64,000 nucleotides of DNA from Klebsiella phage Magnus. The notes under the pieces were generated by a model, which saw nothing but the letters and a program-made list of their open reading frames with translations, was not told the DNA's origin and made no database searches. Below are positions 35,942 through 45,281 of the stretch, piece after piece (position 1 is the stretch's first letter; every line of letters begins with the position of its first letter). The DNA is taken from sequence record NC_049462.1, one strand, 5' to 3'. A program made the position numbers and the translations under genes.

Positions 35942-38719
35942 ATGTCTATACCGAACTTCTTAGATTTCATGAAAGAGCGCGACCAGTTGGACGAAGCGTT
36001 CAACTCAGCTCCTTATGAACTCACCATGGGCAAGAAAAATGCCGGGGACGTTTTCTTCACCTTCATCGATGAAGATGATAAAGAATACCGTATCCAATTC
36101 TATACCCCGCAAGGTCTGGGTAAAAACGTCCGCCAGGTCTTCATCGGACAGAAACGTGGTTCAGTTTATCCTGATGCCATCGCCCGTTTCAAGAACCCGA
36201 TGCGCGTTATCGCCAGCATGATCGAAGCCACCAAACAATTCATGGCGACGCCTCTGGGTAAGACTATCGATGGCTATGCCGTCAACTTCTCTAAGAAAGC
36301 GCTGGATCGTGGTATGACCCTGATCCCGAAAATCATTCGTCAATCCGGCCTCAAACAGAAACTGAACGTCATGGATCTGACCTACGCGCCTGTCCCTGAC
36401 CGTGGTTACGTTTGGCTGGTCAAAAAAGGAAAAGACCCGGCTCAGGTATTCGACGGTCCGAAGATGCAGGGTATCACCTGGGATGATCCAGACAAGGTCG
36501 GTGACGTCCCGGTTCAGAACAATATTCCGGATGTGGGGGCTTCATCTTCTGTTGATGATTCCAACGGATGGAAATTAACTTCAAACGGGGATCAGCCCAT
36601 GTTGATATGGGTTGGTAAGGAGAGAGGCCGCATGAACACGGCAAATATCGCTCCCCACTACAATGAGCCAGGCGTGTATGTTGGCGCATACATGAATGAG
36701 AAATCTGTGCGTGGGCAAAGTGCTGATTTCATCGCTCGTCAGTTGAAATTACCGCAAGTCCCTATCAGTATCCTGAATGATTTCACCACGGCGTCCACAA
36801 AATTTTGGAAAGGTTCTCAGCAGAAGTCCGCGCCAGCTGACTCCAACACCACTATTGGTGCTCGGGGTGTGGGAACCGGGGCTGGTTCTTCTGAAATCGA
36901 AGTCAACCGCGAGTGGTACAACAGCTCGGACACTGGTCTGGAGTTGAAGAGCGGGCGAGACCCGATTCGTGGAAACTACGTCCGCCTGATGAGCGGTTCG
37001 AAAGAAGTAGCCGCATTCTATGGTTATAATTTTGACAAATATCCAGACGGGGCTGAGGTATCTTGGAATATGAAGCGCGGCTTCACCAACCAAGACTTGG
37101 TCGGTGCGTCCATGACCAAACAGAAGAAAGGCATGTACGATCAGTACACTTTCAAGAAAGGTGCTCAGATAATTCTGGTGGTGGACGTTGACACCAGCAA
37201 TGACACCGGCAATGACACCAGCGATGAACTTACCAAATCCAAGTGGCTCAATTTACTGAATTACATTGGCTACAGTAAGGCAGCTGGCGGCAAATTGTTT
37301 GGTGATGATGAATACATCAAGAACTTCGTGAAAGACCGTTACAAACTGACTCTGTCAATTGCGCGACGTAATCAATCAGTCCAGATGTCTGTTAATGCCT
37401 GGAACGCAACAGCAGAAAAATGGGTAGCATTCCCGCCATCTGTGGGTGTGTTAGAAAATGTTGACATCAGCGATCCAAAACGATTCCCCAAGATTATTGA
37501 TGATTTTGTTCAAACAGCAACGGACTACGTTGAAAAGAACTTGGAGAACGTCGTCGTTGGTTGGTATAACAAAACGGCACCTGCTGGACAACCAGTATTG
37601 GAGTTCCGTGAGAAATCAGGTATGTATGGTGGTGGTATCAATGTGTTACCAAGTTCTGGCACCCCAGTATATGGTGTGTATTACGGTGCTTCCTCAAAAT
37701 TAAGATCCTTTGCAGAAGTGTCCGGCTCAGACTTGGGTGTCCTGGCCAAAACCTTGAAACTCCCACCGATTCCGTCTGGTGTGGCTAAAGAGTTTACGAA
37801 GGCGGCGACTGCCTGGTGGAAACAGAAAAATATCACCCCACCGAACACTGATTCTGGGGAACAATCCGTTTTGGATAATTTGAAGATACCACGTAACGCC
37901 ACGGTGTTTGGTGAGACTGTCAACGGTATGTCCATCACTTGGTCCGGCATCAATTTCCCGGAAACTGGGAAATATGGTGGTGCTGTATTGACAACTAATG
38001 TGACCTGCTACTATGATAAAGACAAAGTCGCATTCACGCCGATGATCTCCCAGAAAGGGCGGCTACTGAACAATCCGAAGACATATGAACTTCCTTTGAA
38101 GAAAACTATTGTTCAAGCCGTGATCGATGAAATTTCTTCGAAAATGGAAATTTTATCTCGGAATATGCAAACTCTGAAAAGCACGTCCTATAATCCGAAA
38201 CAAGTATTTTTGGACGACATTGTTGTCGACAACAACGGTTCAGTCCTTTGGCGCGGGCACGACATGGCTGATCGCCGCACTACTGAATTCATGTTGGGTA
38301 TCTTGAATGACGAAAATAGTCGTCTGGAGAAGGAGGGCGGCAAAGGGAAGACAGCTGCAGACCTGGCAACATATGCGGCGTCGATTGAAGAAAGTGCTCC
38401 AAAGGGGCGTGACCTTGATTGGCGGGTATACTTAACCAACAATGGCAATTCCCTGCAGGTTGATTGGGAAATTACTTTCCGCCGCAACACACACGTCGGC
38501 GCCATGAAGGAATTCAGCGCTCAGGTCTACCGTGGCAACCGTTATCTGGAAGACGTATATGCCGATGCTAAGAGCAGAGGCTATGCGCCGGAACAACCGA
38601 ACCTGATGGCGATGTCCGATGCTCAACGTAGCGATGACATGGCTATGATGAATGGCGAAGACGCATATTCCGAATACGAGCAGTCAATCGGCGGTAGTTT
38701 GAAAATTAATCTGAAGTAA
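35942..38719 (+). CDS. Large Alt-like/internal-head-protein-like protein with an internal ~70-aa duplication (ATG at 35942; an upstream ATG lies at 35906).
   Basis: The N-region PMRVIASMIEATKQFMATPLGKTIDGYAVNFSKKALDRGMTLIPKIIRQ resembles the T4 Alt N-region. Internal repeat: ARQLKLPQVPISILNDFTTASTKFWK vs AKTLKLPPIPSGVAKEFTKAATAWWK. Confidence 0.4.
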   Translation: MSIPNFLDFMKERDQLDEAFNSAPYELTMGKKNAGDVFFTFIDEDDKEYRIQFYTPQGLGKNVRQVFIGQKRGSVYPDAIARFKNPMRVIASMIEATKQFMATPLGKTIDGYAVNFSKKALDRGMTLIPKIIRQSGLKQKLNVMDLTYAPVPDRGYVWLVKKGKDPAQVFDGPKMQGITWDDPDKVGDVPVQNNIPDVGASSSVDDSNGWKLTSNGDQPMLIWVGKERGRMNTANIAPHYNEPGVYVGAYMNEKSVRGQSADFIARQLKLPQVPISILNDFTTASTKFWKGSQQKSAPADSNTTIGARGVGTGAGSSEIEVNREWYNSSDTGLELKSGRDPIRGNYVRLMSGSKEVAAFYGYNFDKYPDGAEVSWNMKRGFTNQDLVGASMTKQKKGMYDQYTFKKGAQIILVVDVDTSNDTGNDTSDELTKSKWLNLLNYIGYSKAAGGKLFGDDEYIKNFVKDRYKLTLSIARRNQSVQMSVNAWNATAEKWVAFPPSVGVLENVDISDPKRFPKIIDDFVQTATDYVEKNLENVVVGWYNKTAPAGQPVLEFREKSGMYGGGINVLPSSGTPVYGVYYGASSKLRSFAEVSGSDLGVLAKTLKLPPIPSGVAKEFTKAATAWWKQKNITPPNTDSGEQSVLDNLKIPRNATVFGETVNGMSITWSGINFPETGKYGGAVLTTNVTCYYDKDKVAFTPMISQKGRLLNNPKTYELPLKKTIVQAVIDEISSKMEILSRNMQTLKSTSYNPKQVFLDDIVVDNNGSVLWRGHDMADRRTTEFMLGILNDENSRLEKEGGKGKTAADLATYAASIEESAPKGRDLDWRVYLTNNGNSLQVDWEITFRRNTHVGAMKEFSAQVYRGNRYLEDVYADAKSRGYAPEQPNLMAMSDAQRSDDMAMMNGEDAYSEYEQSIGGSLKINLK

Positions 38720-38723
38720 ATGA

Positions 38724-38743
38724 TTAGCCCCTGCGGGGGCTAA
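38724..38743 (+). terminator. Rho-independent terminator.
   Basis: ttagcccc-tgc-gggggctaa. Confidence 0.6.
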
Positions 38744-38772
38744 TTATGAATAAATTCTTAGGAGATAAACCC

Positions 38773-39339
38773 ATGAAGACCTTTCTCGAATTCTTTACCG
38801 AACAAGCAGCGCAGCCTGTGACCCATGCTGGTGTACAGGGCAAAAGTGTTACCATCAAAAAGCAAGCTGACGGCACTCAGTGGTGCTCTGGTACTGTTAC
38901 CCAGATCACTCCGGACAACGCAGCTGACACCTATAACCTGGAGCTGACCGATGGTAATACCGTCAAAGCAGTGCTGACCCCGGACCAGGTACACGCGGTG
39001 TCTCAGGGACAGGAAGTCGTAGCCGTTCATGACGGTTTCGAATTCTTCTTTGGTAAGTCTGCTGACAAAGGCCAGGTCACTGAAGCATATGCTCAGGAAC
39101 TCGCCAATATGGACAAAATGATCGGTAAGGCGCTGGGCGTCGGTAAATCTCGCAAGAGCGGGCGTACCGAATTTGAATATTCGGGCATCCCCGGTATCGG
39201 CAAATCTGTTGCTATCGACTTCGGCGGCGAAGACGACCCGTATGTGATCGTCACCATGGGCGGAAAGCAACAGGACATCAGCAAAGGTAAAACGCTGGCT
39301 GTCGACATTGCCAAGTACCTGGGTGTCAAGCCTCAGTAA
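38773..39339 (+). CDS. Internal head protein-like (capsid-targeting sequence type N-terminus).
   Basis: N-terminus MKTFLEFFTE matches the T4 IP capsid-targeting sequence MKTYQEFIAE (LxE prohead-protease site). SD GGAGA. Confidence 0.5.
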   Translation: MKTFLEFFTEQAAQPVTHAGVQGKSVTIKKQADGTQWCSGTVTQITPDNAADTYNLELTDGNTVKAVLTPDQVHAVSQGQEVVAVHDGFEFFFGKSADKGQVTEAYAQELANMDKMIGKALGVGKSRKSGRTEFEYSGIPGIGKSVAIDFGGEDDPYVIVTMGGKQQDISKGKTLAVDIAKYLGVKPQ

Positions 39340-39357
39340 ATCTCCGGTTAGTAAACA

Positions 39358-39388
39358 ATCCCCCTTAAATACAGGGGGATTTCTTTTT
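39358..39388 (+). terminator. Rho-independent terminator.
   Basis: atccccct-taaataca-gggggat ttcttttt. Confidence 0.75.
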
Positions 39389-39403
39389 CTGAGGATGTTT
39401 AAA

Positions 39404-39757
39404 ATGGTCAATGCGAGCGCATTTATCAACCGTGGTCTGCTGGCGATAGCACACACCCATGCTCTCCACTTCGTCACGCATTCATATTCGAAACATAAGG
39501 CTCTCGGGGAGTTCTATGGCGACCTCGAGGACTTGCTGGATACCTTCACCGAAGCATATATCGGCGCGGGCGGGACTTATACTCCCGGATTCGAGAACAC
39601 AAAGTTGTTCAATCCAGACCCGATCCAATATATCCAGAGCATCGTTATCGACGTCGACGCCATTTATCGGCAGTGTGATTCTCATCTCCAAAATACGTTA
39701 GACGAGATCAAGACCCTTTGCTATCAGACGCTGTATAAACTGAAGCAACTGGCGTAG
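39404..39757 (+). CDS. Hypothetical protein.
   Basis: ORF with SD GAGGA. Confidence 0.4.
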   Translation: MVNASAFINRGLLAIAHTHALHFVTHSYSKHKALGEFYGDLEDLLDTFTEAYIGAGGTYTPGFENTKLFNPDPIQYIQSIVIDVDAIYRQCDSHLQNTLDEIKTLCYQTLYKLKQLA

Positions 39758-39818
39758 TCTATAGACCCCTCTGATAATATAATTGCCCATTATTTGTCAA
39801 CTATGGATAAAGATAAAG

Positions 39819-40427
39819 ATGGGCAAGATCTTCGTTCCAACTCATTTAGAAGGCTGTCAGATTTCAGCCAAATATCTTCACAAGCAGATGAATTGCGGTG
39901 CCGTATTTGTCGAACCGAATCCTCATACCAATTCTGAATCCCCTGATGCAATCGGTTTCCGCCCCGATGGGTGTAGTATTTTGATCGAGGTCAAAGTCAG
40001 CAGGGATGATTTCCGAGCAGATGCCAAGAAGCCTCATCGCATCAATCCTGAGCAGGGGATGGGCAGCTATCGTTTTTATGCATGTCCTGAGGGAGTCATC
40101 CGGATCGAAGATCTACCACCAAAGTGGGGGTTGTTCTATTTCACGCCTCGAAAATCATTGAAGGCTATCCATGTCCCCGACGTGCAGATATCTTCCCTGT
40201 ATTCCCCTCAGCACTATCTGAATATGATAGCCCGCCGAAGCCCGAATGGCAAGATGCCTCCTTATCTCCTCCATTATCAAAAGATGGTGGAAGACTTCGG
40301 CCATGTCGTAAAGAATACCGTCGCTGAACACAATATCCTCTATGGGGCTTGGCGCCAGCTCTGTATTGCTCAAACCCGTGGTGTGGCGTATACTGTCAAT
40401 GAGGTATTCCAGAGGCCAAACATATGA
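39819..40427 (+). CDS. PD-(D/E)XK nuclease-like protein.
   Basis: DAIGFRPDGCSILIEVKVSRDD (D...E-x-K). Confidence 0.4.
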   Translation: MGKIFVPTHLEGCQISAKYLHKQMNCGAVFVEPNPHTNSESPDAIGFRPDGCSILIEVKVSRDDFRADAKKPHRINPEQGMGSYRFYACPEGVIRIEDLPPKWGLFYFTPRKSLKAIHVPDVQISSLYSPQHYLNMIARRSPNGKMPPYLLHYQKMVEDFGHVVKNTVAEHNILYGAWRQLCIAQTRGVAYTVNEVFQRPNI

Positions 40428-41095
40428 ACTATAAAAGGATACACGACTCCATAATTTCCAGGGCGGTTAATCGGTCACTGCCTTCGGGTTACACAGAGAA
40501 ACATCATATCATTCCTCTTTCCATGGGTGGTAAAGATAGGAAATTTAATATGGTGGTTTTGACAGCGTCAGAACATTATATTGTGCATATGTTGTTGGCT
40601 AAGATGTTTGGTGAAGTTATGAACAAAGCATTTACCAAAATGAAACATCTTACATCCAATCCATCCAATAACAAGGAGTTTTCATTAAGAAGGGAAATGT
40701 TATGCACTATTTCTGGAAACAACGCTAAAACTGAAAGAAACAGAAAGGCTCATTCTGATAAAATAAAAGGCCGAAAACATACAGAAATTACGAAGAAATC
40801 TATTTCGGATTCTATGAAAGGGGTTAATAACCCAATGAAGGGGACCAGTCCTTGGAGAAATCCGACTAATATAAAACGGGGTTCTCATAAAAATTGGTTG
40901 ATAGCGGATAAAATATACGACAAATGGTGTAATAACAAATCTGTTAGAGTCATAGATTTACTCAATGGAAACGATATGCAGACTTCGTATACGACAGTTA
41001 CAACTATGAAATTGAAATTCGAAGCTGGCTGGGTTCCTAAAGAAGACGAAGATTGGATTGTCTTTGTCAAGGAGAACAAACGTGAAATTTCTTGA
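40424..41095 (+). mobile_element. Free-standing HNH homing endonuclease with NUMOD3-like DNA-binding repeats.
   Basis: HNH core EKHHIIPLSMGG...NMVVLTASEHYIVH. Repeats GRKHTEITKKSISDSMKG / NNPMKG (NUMOD3-like). AT-rich. Its 3' end overlaps the primase start. Confidence 0.75.
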
Positions 41096-42146
41096 TGAAC
41101 AATTTATCAATTATCTTGCCCCGAGATTGGAAAAATTTGTCTGGGAAAGAACTGGTTCCGTTGCGAAATTTCGTTGTCCCCTATGCGGCGATTCTCAAAA
41201 ACACGCCAGCAAACGTCGAGGACATTTCTTCTATGACCATGATGAAGATGTGTTTAGATTTAAATGTTTCAATTGCAATGAGATGAGCGGTTGGGCTTTT
41301 GAGTTCTGGTTGAAGAAATTTGATGACCGTCTGTACAGCGAGTACAGCATGGAGAAGTTTAAGGTCATGGGGGATACCCGCGCCCGCCCGGTACAGAAAC
41401 TGGCACCCTTGAAGAAACTGACACAGACGGCGCGTATCGGTCAACAAGTGGCGAAGCGGGATGAGGACCACCTCGGCAATATGATCCGACTAGATCTTCT
41501 TGACCCAACACATTTTGCTCGCCAATATGTGGAAGGCAGGGGAATGCCGGAGAGCGCTCTCTCTTTGTTGTATTTCAGCGAGAACTTTAGAAAAGATCTT
41601 CTTGATTTTGAAACTGACTCAGAGAAACAGAAGAAGATCCCTGATGACCCGAGATTGGTTATCCCCTTCTGGACTCAAGATGGTCGGATGAAGATTGTTC
41701 AGGGGCGCGCATTTGGTGATAACCTTCCAGAAGGGATGTTGCGGTATGCAACTGTCAAACCGCGAAACGAGGACACGAAGGTCTATGGCGAAGAACGCAT
41801 TTTGATGAACCGGGTGAAGTTAGTGGTTGAAGGGCCGCTGGATAGTCTCTTCTTACCAAATTGCTTGGCGACGGCAGATGCTGATCTATTGAGCGCCAAG
41901 GGGGACATCTATGTGCCTGACAACCAATATAGAAACCCGCAGGTCTGTGATGGCATCCAGAAAATGATTGACAAAGGCGTGAAGGTTGTTTTGTTCCCGC
42001 CAGAGATACATTGGAAGGATATCAACGATATGGTGAACCCTAGAAAGGGGAATATCCCGATACGTGACCTTCTGAAAATTATGGCCGACAATGTCTACCA
42101 GGGACTTGCGGCTTCCTTACGATTTGCCGATTTGAGGAAAGTGTGA
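41082..42146 (+). CDS. 61: DNA primase gp61-like (GTG start at 41082; the ORF track's TTG alternative is at 41058).
   Basis: Zinc ribbon FRCPLCGDSQKHASKRRGHFFYDHDEDVFRFKCFNCN aligns with T4 gp61 FRCPVCGDSKTDQNKARGWYYGDNNEGNIHCYNCN. Toprim VVEGPLDSL. Confidence 0.85.
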   Translation: MKFLDEQFINYLAPRLEKFVWERTGSVAKFRCPLCGDSQKHASKRRGHFFYDHDEDVFRFKCFNCNEMSGWAFEFWLKKFDDRLYSEYSMEKFKVMGDTRARPVQKLAPLKKLTQTARIGQQVAKRDEDHLGNMIRLDLLDPTHFARQYVEGRGMPESALSLLYFSENFRKDLLDFETDSEKQKKIPDDPRLVIPFWTQDGRMKIVQGRAFGDNLPEGMLRYATVKPRNEDTKVYGEERILMNRVKLVVEGPLDSLFLPNCLATADADLLSAKGDIYVPDNQYRNPQVCDGIQKMIDKGVKVVLFPPEIHWKDINDMVNPRKGNIPIRDLLKIMADNVYQGLAASLRFADLRKV

Positions 42147-42358
42147 TGGACATGAAAGAACTTGACAAGATGGATGACCAAGAGATCCTCCGGGGATACC
42201 AGCAAGCCCGAGCCGGGTATGTCCTCAGTGGGCATGAGTCGAAGAGTTTTGTTCACGGATGGCGTAATGGCATAGTTGATTCCGGGGCGTGTCAGCCTGA
42301 TGCTGATCAGATGGATACGGCAAGAAACTATCTGAAGCAACTACGCGAACAAAAATAA
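42146..42358 (+). CDS. Hypothetical small protein.
   Basis: Coupled TGATG overlap with primase. Confidence 0.35.
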   Translation: MDMKELDKMDDQEILRGYQQARAGYVLSGHESKSFVHGWRNGIVDSGACQPDADQMDTARNYLKQLREQK

Positions 42359-42436
42359 TTCTTCCCTCCAGGCCTCGTAGATAGAGGCCTCGTAAAATAA
42401 TTCAAAAATATTTTAAATTTTTATTGAAAAAGACTT

Positions 42437-42493
42437 TACTCTTCAATAAAGCTGGCCTATTATAGTTCACATAGGGCGGTAAACAACACCCCG
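42437..42493 (+). promoter_or_regulatory. Promoter-like box plus stem-loop (PeSL-like element), near-identical to the box at 20100.
   Basis: aCTTTACTCTTCAATAAAgctggccTATTAT followed by the hairpin agggcgg-taaacaacac-cccgcc. Preceded by two copies of the palindrome GAGGCCTC (42367-42390). Confidence 0.45.
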
Positions 42494-42538
42494 CCGAATG
42501 AAAAGTGAAAAGCACCAACTACATAATGAGGATTTAAC

Positions 42539-43027
42539 ATGAAAACTATCAAAACCATCATCACCAACGGCTCTGTATCTTTCGAACTGAACACCGAAGT
42601 TTCCAAAGCAGAAATGTTCCGCATTGCACAGGAAGCCGGTTTCCAGGGCGGTAAGACCTCCTTCATGAACCTGCTGAGCGGCAAAACTGAAACTGCTTGC
42701 GGCTTCACCATGAAAGACCAGATTGTGGTTGACCAGGCGGTAGTGGCTAAATCCTCTGACAAAGTCAGCATGCTGAAAATGTTTGGCCTGAACATCCACA
42801 TCGTCGAAGCGAAGACCGAAACCTACGGCACCCTGAACGTCGGCAAAGGCCGGGTGCAGCTGAACCCGCTGAACAACGGAACCTACTCGGTGATGGTATT
42901 CCCGAAAAAAGGCTACGACAACACAGATATCCTGAAAGCGGTCGGTGGTGATTCTAAATCTCAGTATGTCAAAATGGGCAAACTGACTCTGATCGAAGTA
43001 CAGAACATGATCGAGCGCCTGGCATAA
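42539..43027 (+). CDS. Hypothetical protein, probably abundantly expressed.
   Basis: Strong SD GAGGA at optimal spacing, high-GC codon usage, and flanking promoter-like and terminator elements. N-terminus MKTIKTIIT. Confidence 0.5.
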   Translation: MKTIKTIITNGSVSFELNTEVSKAEMFRIAQEAGFQGGKTSFMNLLSGKTETACGFTMKDQIVVDQAVVAKSSDKVSMLKMFGLNIHIVEAKTETYGTLNVGKGRVQLNPLNNGTYSVMVFPKKGYDNTDILKAVGGDSKSQYVKMGKLTLIEVQNMIERLA

Positions 43028-43079
43028 GTCGCTGAGGGGGAGGAAACTCCCCCATCCTGGAAAGATGAGGAATAAATCG

Positions 43080-43382
43080 ATGAATAAATTCAGCAGCACA
43101 GAAGCGACTAAGATTGCGGAAGAAACCGCACAATTACTGGCTTCACATACTTTAAAAAATTGGCAGATAGATACATGTTCCTTCTCCCAAATTGTCCTTT
43201 CTTGTGGGGATGTGTATGTTCAGCATCTACTCCCCACGAGATCTTGGCTTGCTGGTTTTAGAGAATATGACGACAATATTACCAGCGATTATGTTGATTC
43301 TGCAATAATGGCATACGAAGGTTTAAAGGCTGCTGTTGCAGAGTCCATTGACGAGTTGAAAGAAATTTACGACAATATGTAA
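43080..43382 (+). CDS. Hypothetical protein.
   Basis: ORF (an alternative ATG lies at 43065). Confidence 0.4.
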   Translation: MNKFSSTEATKIAEETAQLLASHTLKNWQIDTCSFSQIVLSCGDVYVQHLLPTRSWLAGFREYDDNITSDYVDSAIMAYEGLKAAVAESIDELKEIYDNM

Positions 43383-43451
43383 CGGAATTTCCTCGAGTGT
43401 AATTCACTTTCACTTTAAATACCTCTGCAAACATTGCGGAGGTATTTTCTT

Positions 43452-44246
43452 ATGGCCATTTTAAAGATTGGCAGCAAAGGTCTGGAAGTTAAGAATCTTC
43501 AGACCAGTCTCAACAAAATCGGGTTCAATCTGGTTGCCGATGGCATATTTGGTAAAGCGACTGACAACGCCGTCAGGGCAGTTCAGGCGGGTGCCGGACT
43601 CGTCGTTGATGGTATTGCTGGCCCCAAGACCATGTATGCTATACGCAACGCAGGGGAGTCTCATCAGGATCATCTGACTGAGGCTGACTTGATTGACGCT
43701 GCTCGTGAATTGTCTGTTGACCTTGCTAGCATCAAGGCAGTCAACCAAGTAGAATCGCGCGGTACTGGCTTCACCAAGTCTGGAAAGATTAAGACATTGT
43801 TTGAACGCCACATCATGTACAAAAAGCTGAATGCCAAGTTCGGTCAGGCAAAAGCCAATGCTCTGGCCCAGCTTTACCCGACGTTGGTTAACGCCAAAGC
43901 CGGGGGATACACAGGTGGAGACGCGGAGTTGGAACGACTCCATGGTGCAATAGCGATCGATAAAGATTGCGCCTACGAGAGCGCTTCCTACGGGTTATTC
44001 CAGATCATGGGGTTCAACTGTGTTATCTGCGGGTACGCAAATGCTGAGCAGATGTTCAACGACTTTCTCACTGGTGAACGTGCTCAGCTCATGGCATTTG
44101 TCAAGTTCATCAAGGCTGACGCCAATCTGTGGAAAGCATTGAAGGACAAGAATTGGGCTGAGTTTGCTCGGCGTTACAATGGCCCGGCGTATGCACAGAA
44201 CCAGTACGACACCAAGCTGGCTGCAGCATACAAATCATTCAGTTAG
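43452..44246 (+). CDS. Modular endolysin: N-terminal peptidoglycan-binding domain plus C-terminal N-acetylmuramidase (DUF3380-type), like Gp110 of Salmonella phage 10.
   Basis: PG_binding_1-like LQTSLNKIGFNLVADGIFGKATDNAVRAVQ...GIAGPKT. C-terminal GLFQIMGFN and the remaining muramidase region. Confidence 0.75.
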   Translation: MAILKIGSKGLEVKNLQTSLNKIGFNLVADGIFGKATDNAVRAVQAGAGLVVDGIAGPKTMYAIRNAGESHQDHLTEADLIDAARELSVDLASIKAVNQVESRGTGFTKSGKIKTLFERHIMYKKLNAKFGQAKANALAQLYPTLVNAKAGGYTGGDAELERLHGAIAIDKDCAYESASYGLFQIMGFNCVICGYANAEQMFNDFLTGERAQLMAFVKFIKADANLWKALKDKNWAEFARRYNGPAYAQNQYDTKLAAAYKSFS

Positions 44247-44250
44247 TCGA

Positions 44251-44272
44251 AGGCCGGAAACGGCCTTTTTCT
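44251..44272 (+). terminator. Rho-independent terminator.
   Basis: aggccg-gaaa-cggcct ttttcttt. Confidence 0.75.
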
Positions 44273-44352
44273 TTATCTATGACAGAGTTATGCTGGGCGC
44301 GTCGCTTAATTAAAGGTGATGAGATAACCCCTGTAGAAATAGGAAGGTTCAC

Positions 44353-45195
44353 ATGCAATCTGCGAGCAAAGTAGTATCCATGAAGCCAGCTGGTAAAACC
44401 AAATCAGCGCGCAAGAAAGAAGTAACCCAGCGCGAAGACGAATGGATGAAGTTCTCTAAAGGTGATTTCAAAATCGCTCCATTCCATGGCCTCTCTGACA
44501 ACCAGAATCTTGCCTACCAATCTGCCCTTGAAAACAATCTGACCATCACAATCGGACCTGCTGGTACGGGCAAATCATATTGCGGTGCTGCCGCTGCTAT
44601 CAAACATCTTATTGATCGCCGTGTCAGTAAAATCATCATCTCTCGTTCGCCGTTGCCAACCGGACAGACTGCGGGGTTCCGCCCCGGCGACACGTATGAA
44701 AAACTCGTTCCGTATCTGCGCCCGCTGATCGAAACCTTCAAGAAAGTGTTGAAGACCGATACTGGCAGCGACGGCTTCTTCAACTATCTGTGGGAGAAGC
44801 ACATCATCGAAATTCAGGATCTGGAGACGATCAAGGGTATGACCTTTGATGACGCCTTCCTGATTATCGAAGAGGCTCAGGAATGCGACATGGAGCAGCT
44901 GAAGAATCTTCTCACCCGTTCTTCTGACTCCACCTATGTGTTCGTCAACGGTGATATCAAGCAGTCGAACAAACGTCTGCGTGACAGCGCCCTTGACACG
45001 TATGTCAAAGCATTCCGTGACTTCAACCAGAAACTGAATGCCGGTACTCTGGCGGTCTATGGGGTAGAACCGGGGGACGCGTATCCTGAATGGGTTCAAC
45101 CTTTCAGTATCATCGAGTTCAACAAAGATGACCGTAACGGTCGCGGCAACTTTACCCGCCTGATGCTAGAGGTCAATGACCTGTACGACATTTAA
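44353..45195 (+). CDS. phoH: PhoH-like ATPase.
   Basis: Walker A GPAGTGKSY; Walker B LIIEEAQE. Typical PhoH length. Confidence 0.85.
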   Translation: MQSASKVVSMKPAGKTKSARKKEVTQREDEWMKFSKGDFKIAPFHGLSDNQNLAYQSALENNLTITIGPAGTGKSYCGAAAAIKHLIDRRVSKIIISRSPLPTGQTAGFRPGDTYEKLVPYLRPLIETFKKVLKTDTGSDGFFNYLWEKHIIEIQDLETIKGMTFDDAFLIIEEAQECDMEQLKNLLTRSSDSTYVFVNGDIKQSNKRLRDSALDTYVKAFRDFNQKLNAGTLAVYGVEPGDAYPEWVQPFSIIEFNKDDRNGRGNFTRLMLEVNDLYDI

Positions 45196-45214
45196 ATACC
45201 TCATCACCATTCCC

Positions 45215-45247
45215 CGCCGCCTTCAATCTATGAGGGCGGCGTATAAT
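45215..45247 (+). promoter_or_regulatory. Hairpin immediately followed by TATAAT, upstream of nrdA.
   Basis: cgccgcc(TTCAATctatgag)ggcggcg then TATAAT at 45242-45247. TTCAAT lies 14 nt upstream of TATAAT. ATG at 45282. Confidence 0.45.
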
Positions 45248-45281
45248 AACAACCTGCATATAACACAAACCGAGGATCTCT

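Noticed and set aside
35942-38719. Possible ADP-ribosyltransferase (Alt-type R-S-E triad) in the Alt-like protein.
   Set aside because: I found an STS (KSTSYNP) but no convincingly spaced upstream Arg or downstream ExE, so an ART domain is not supported by eye.
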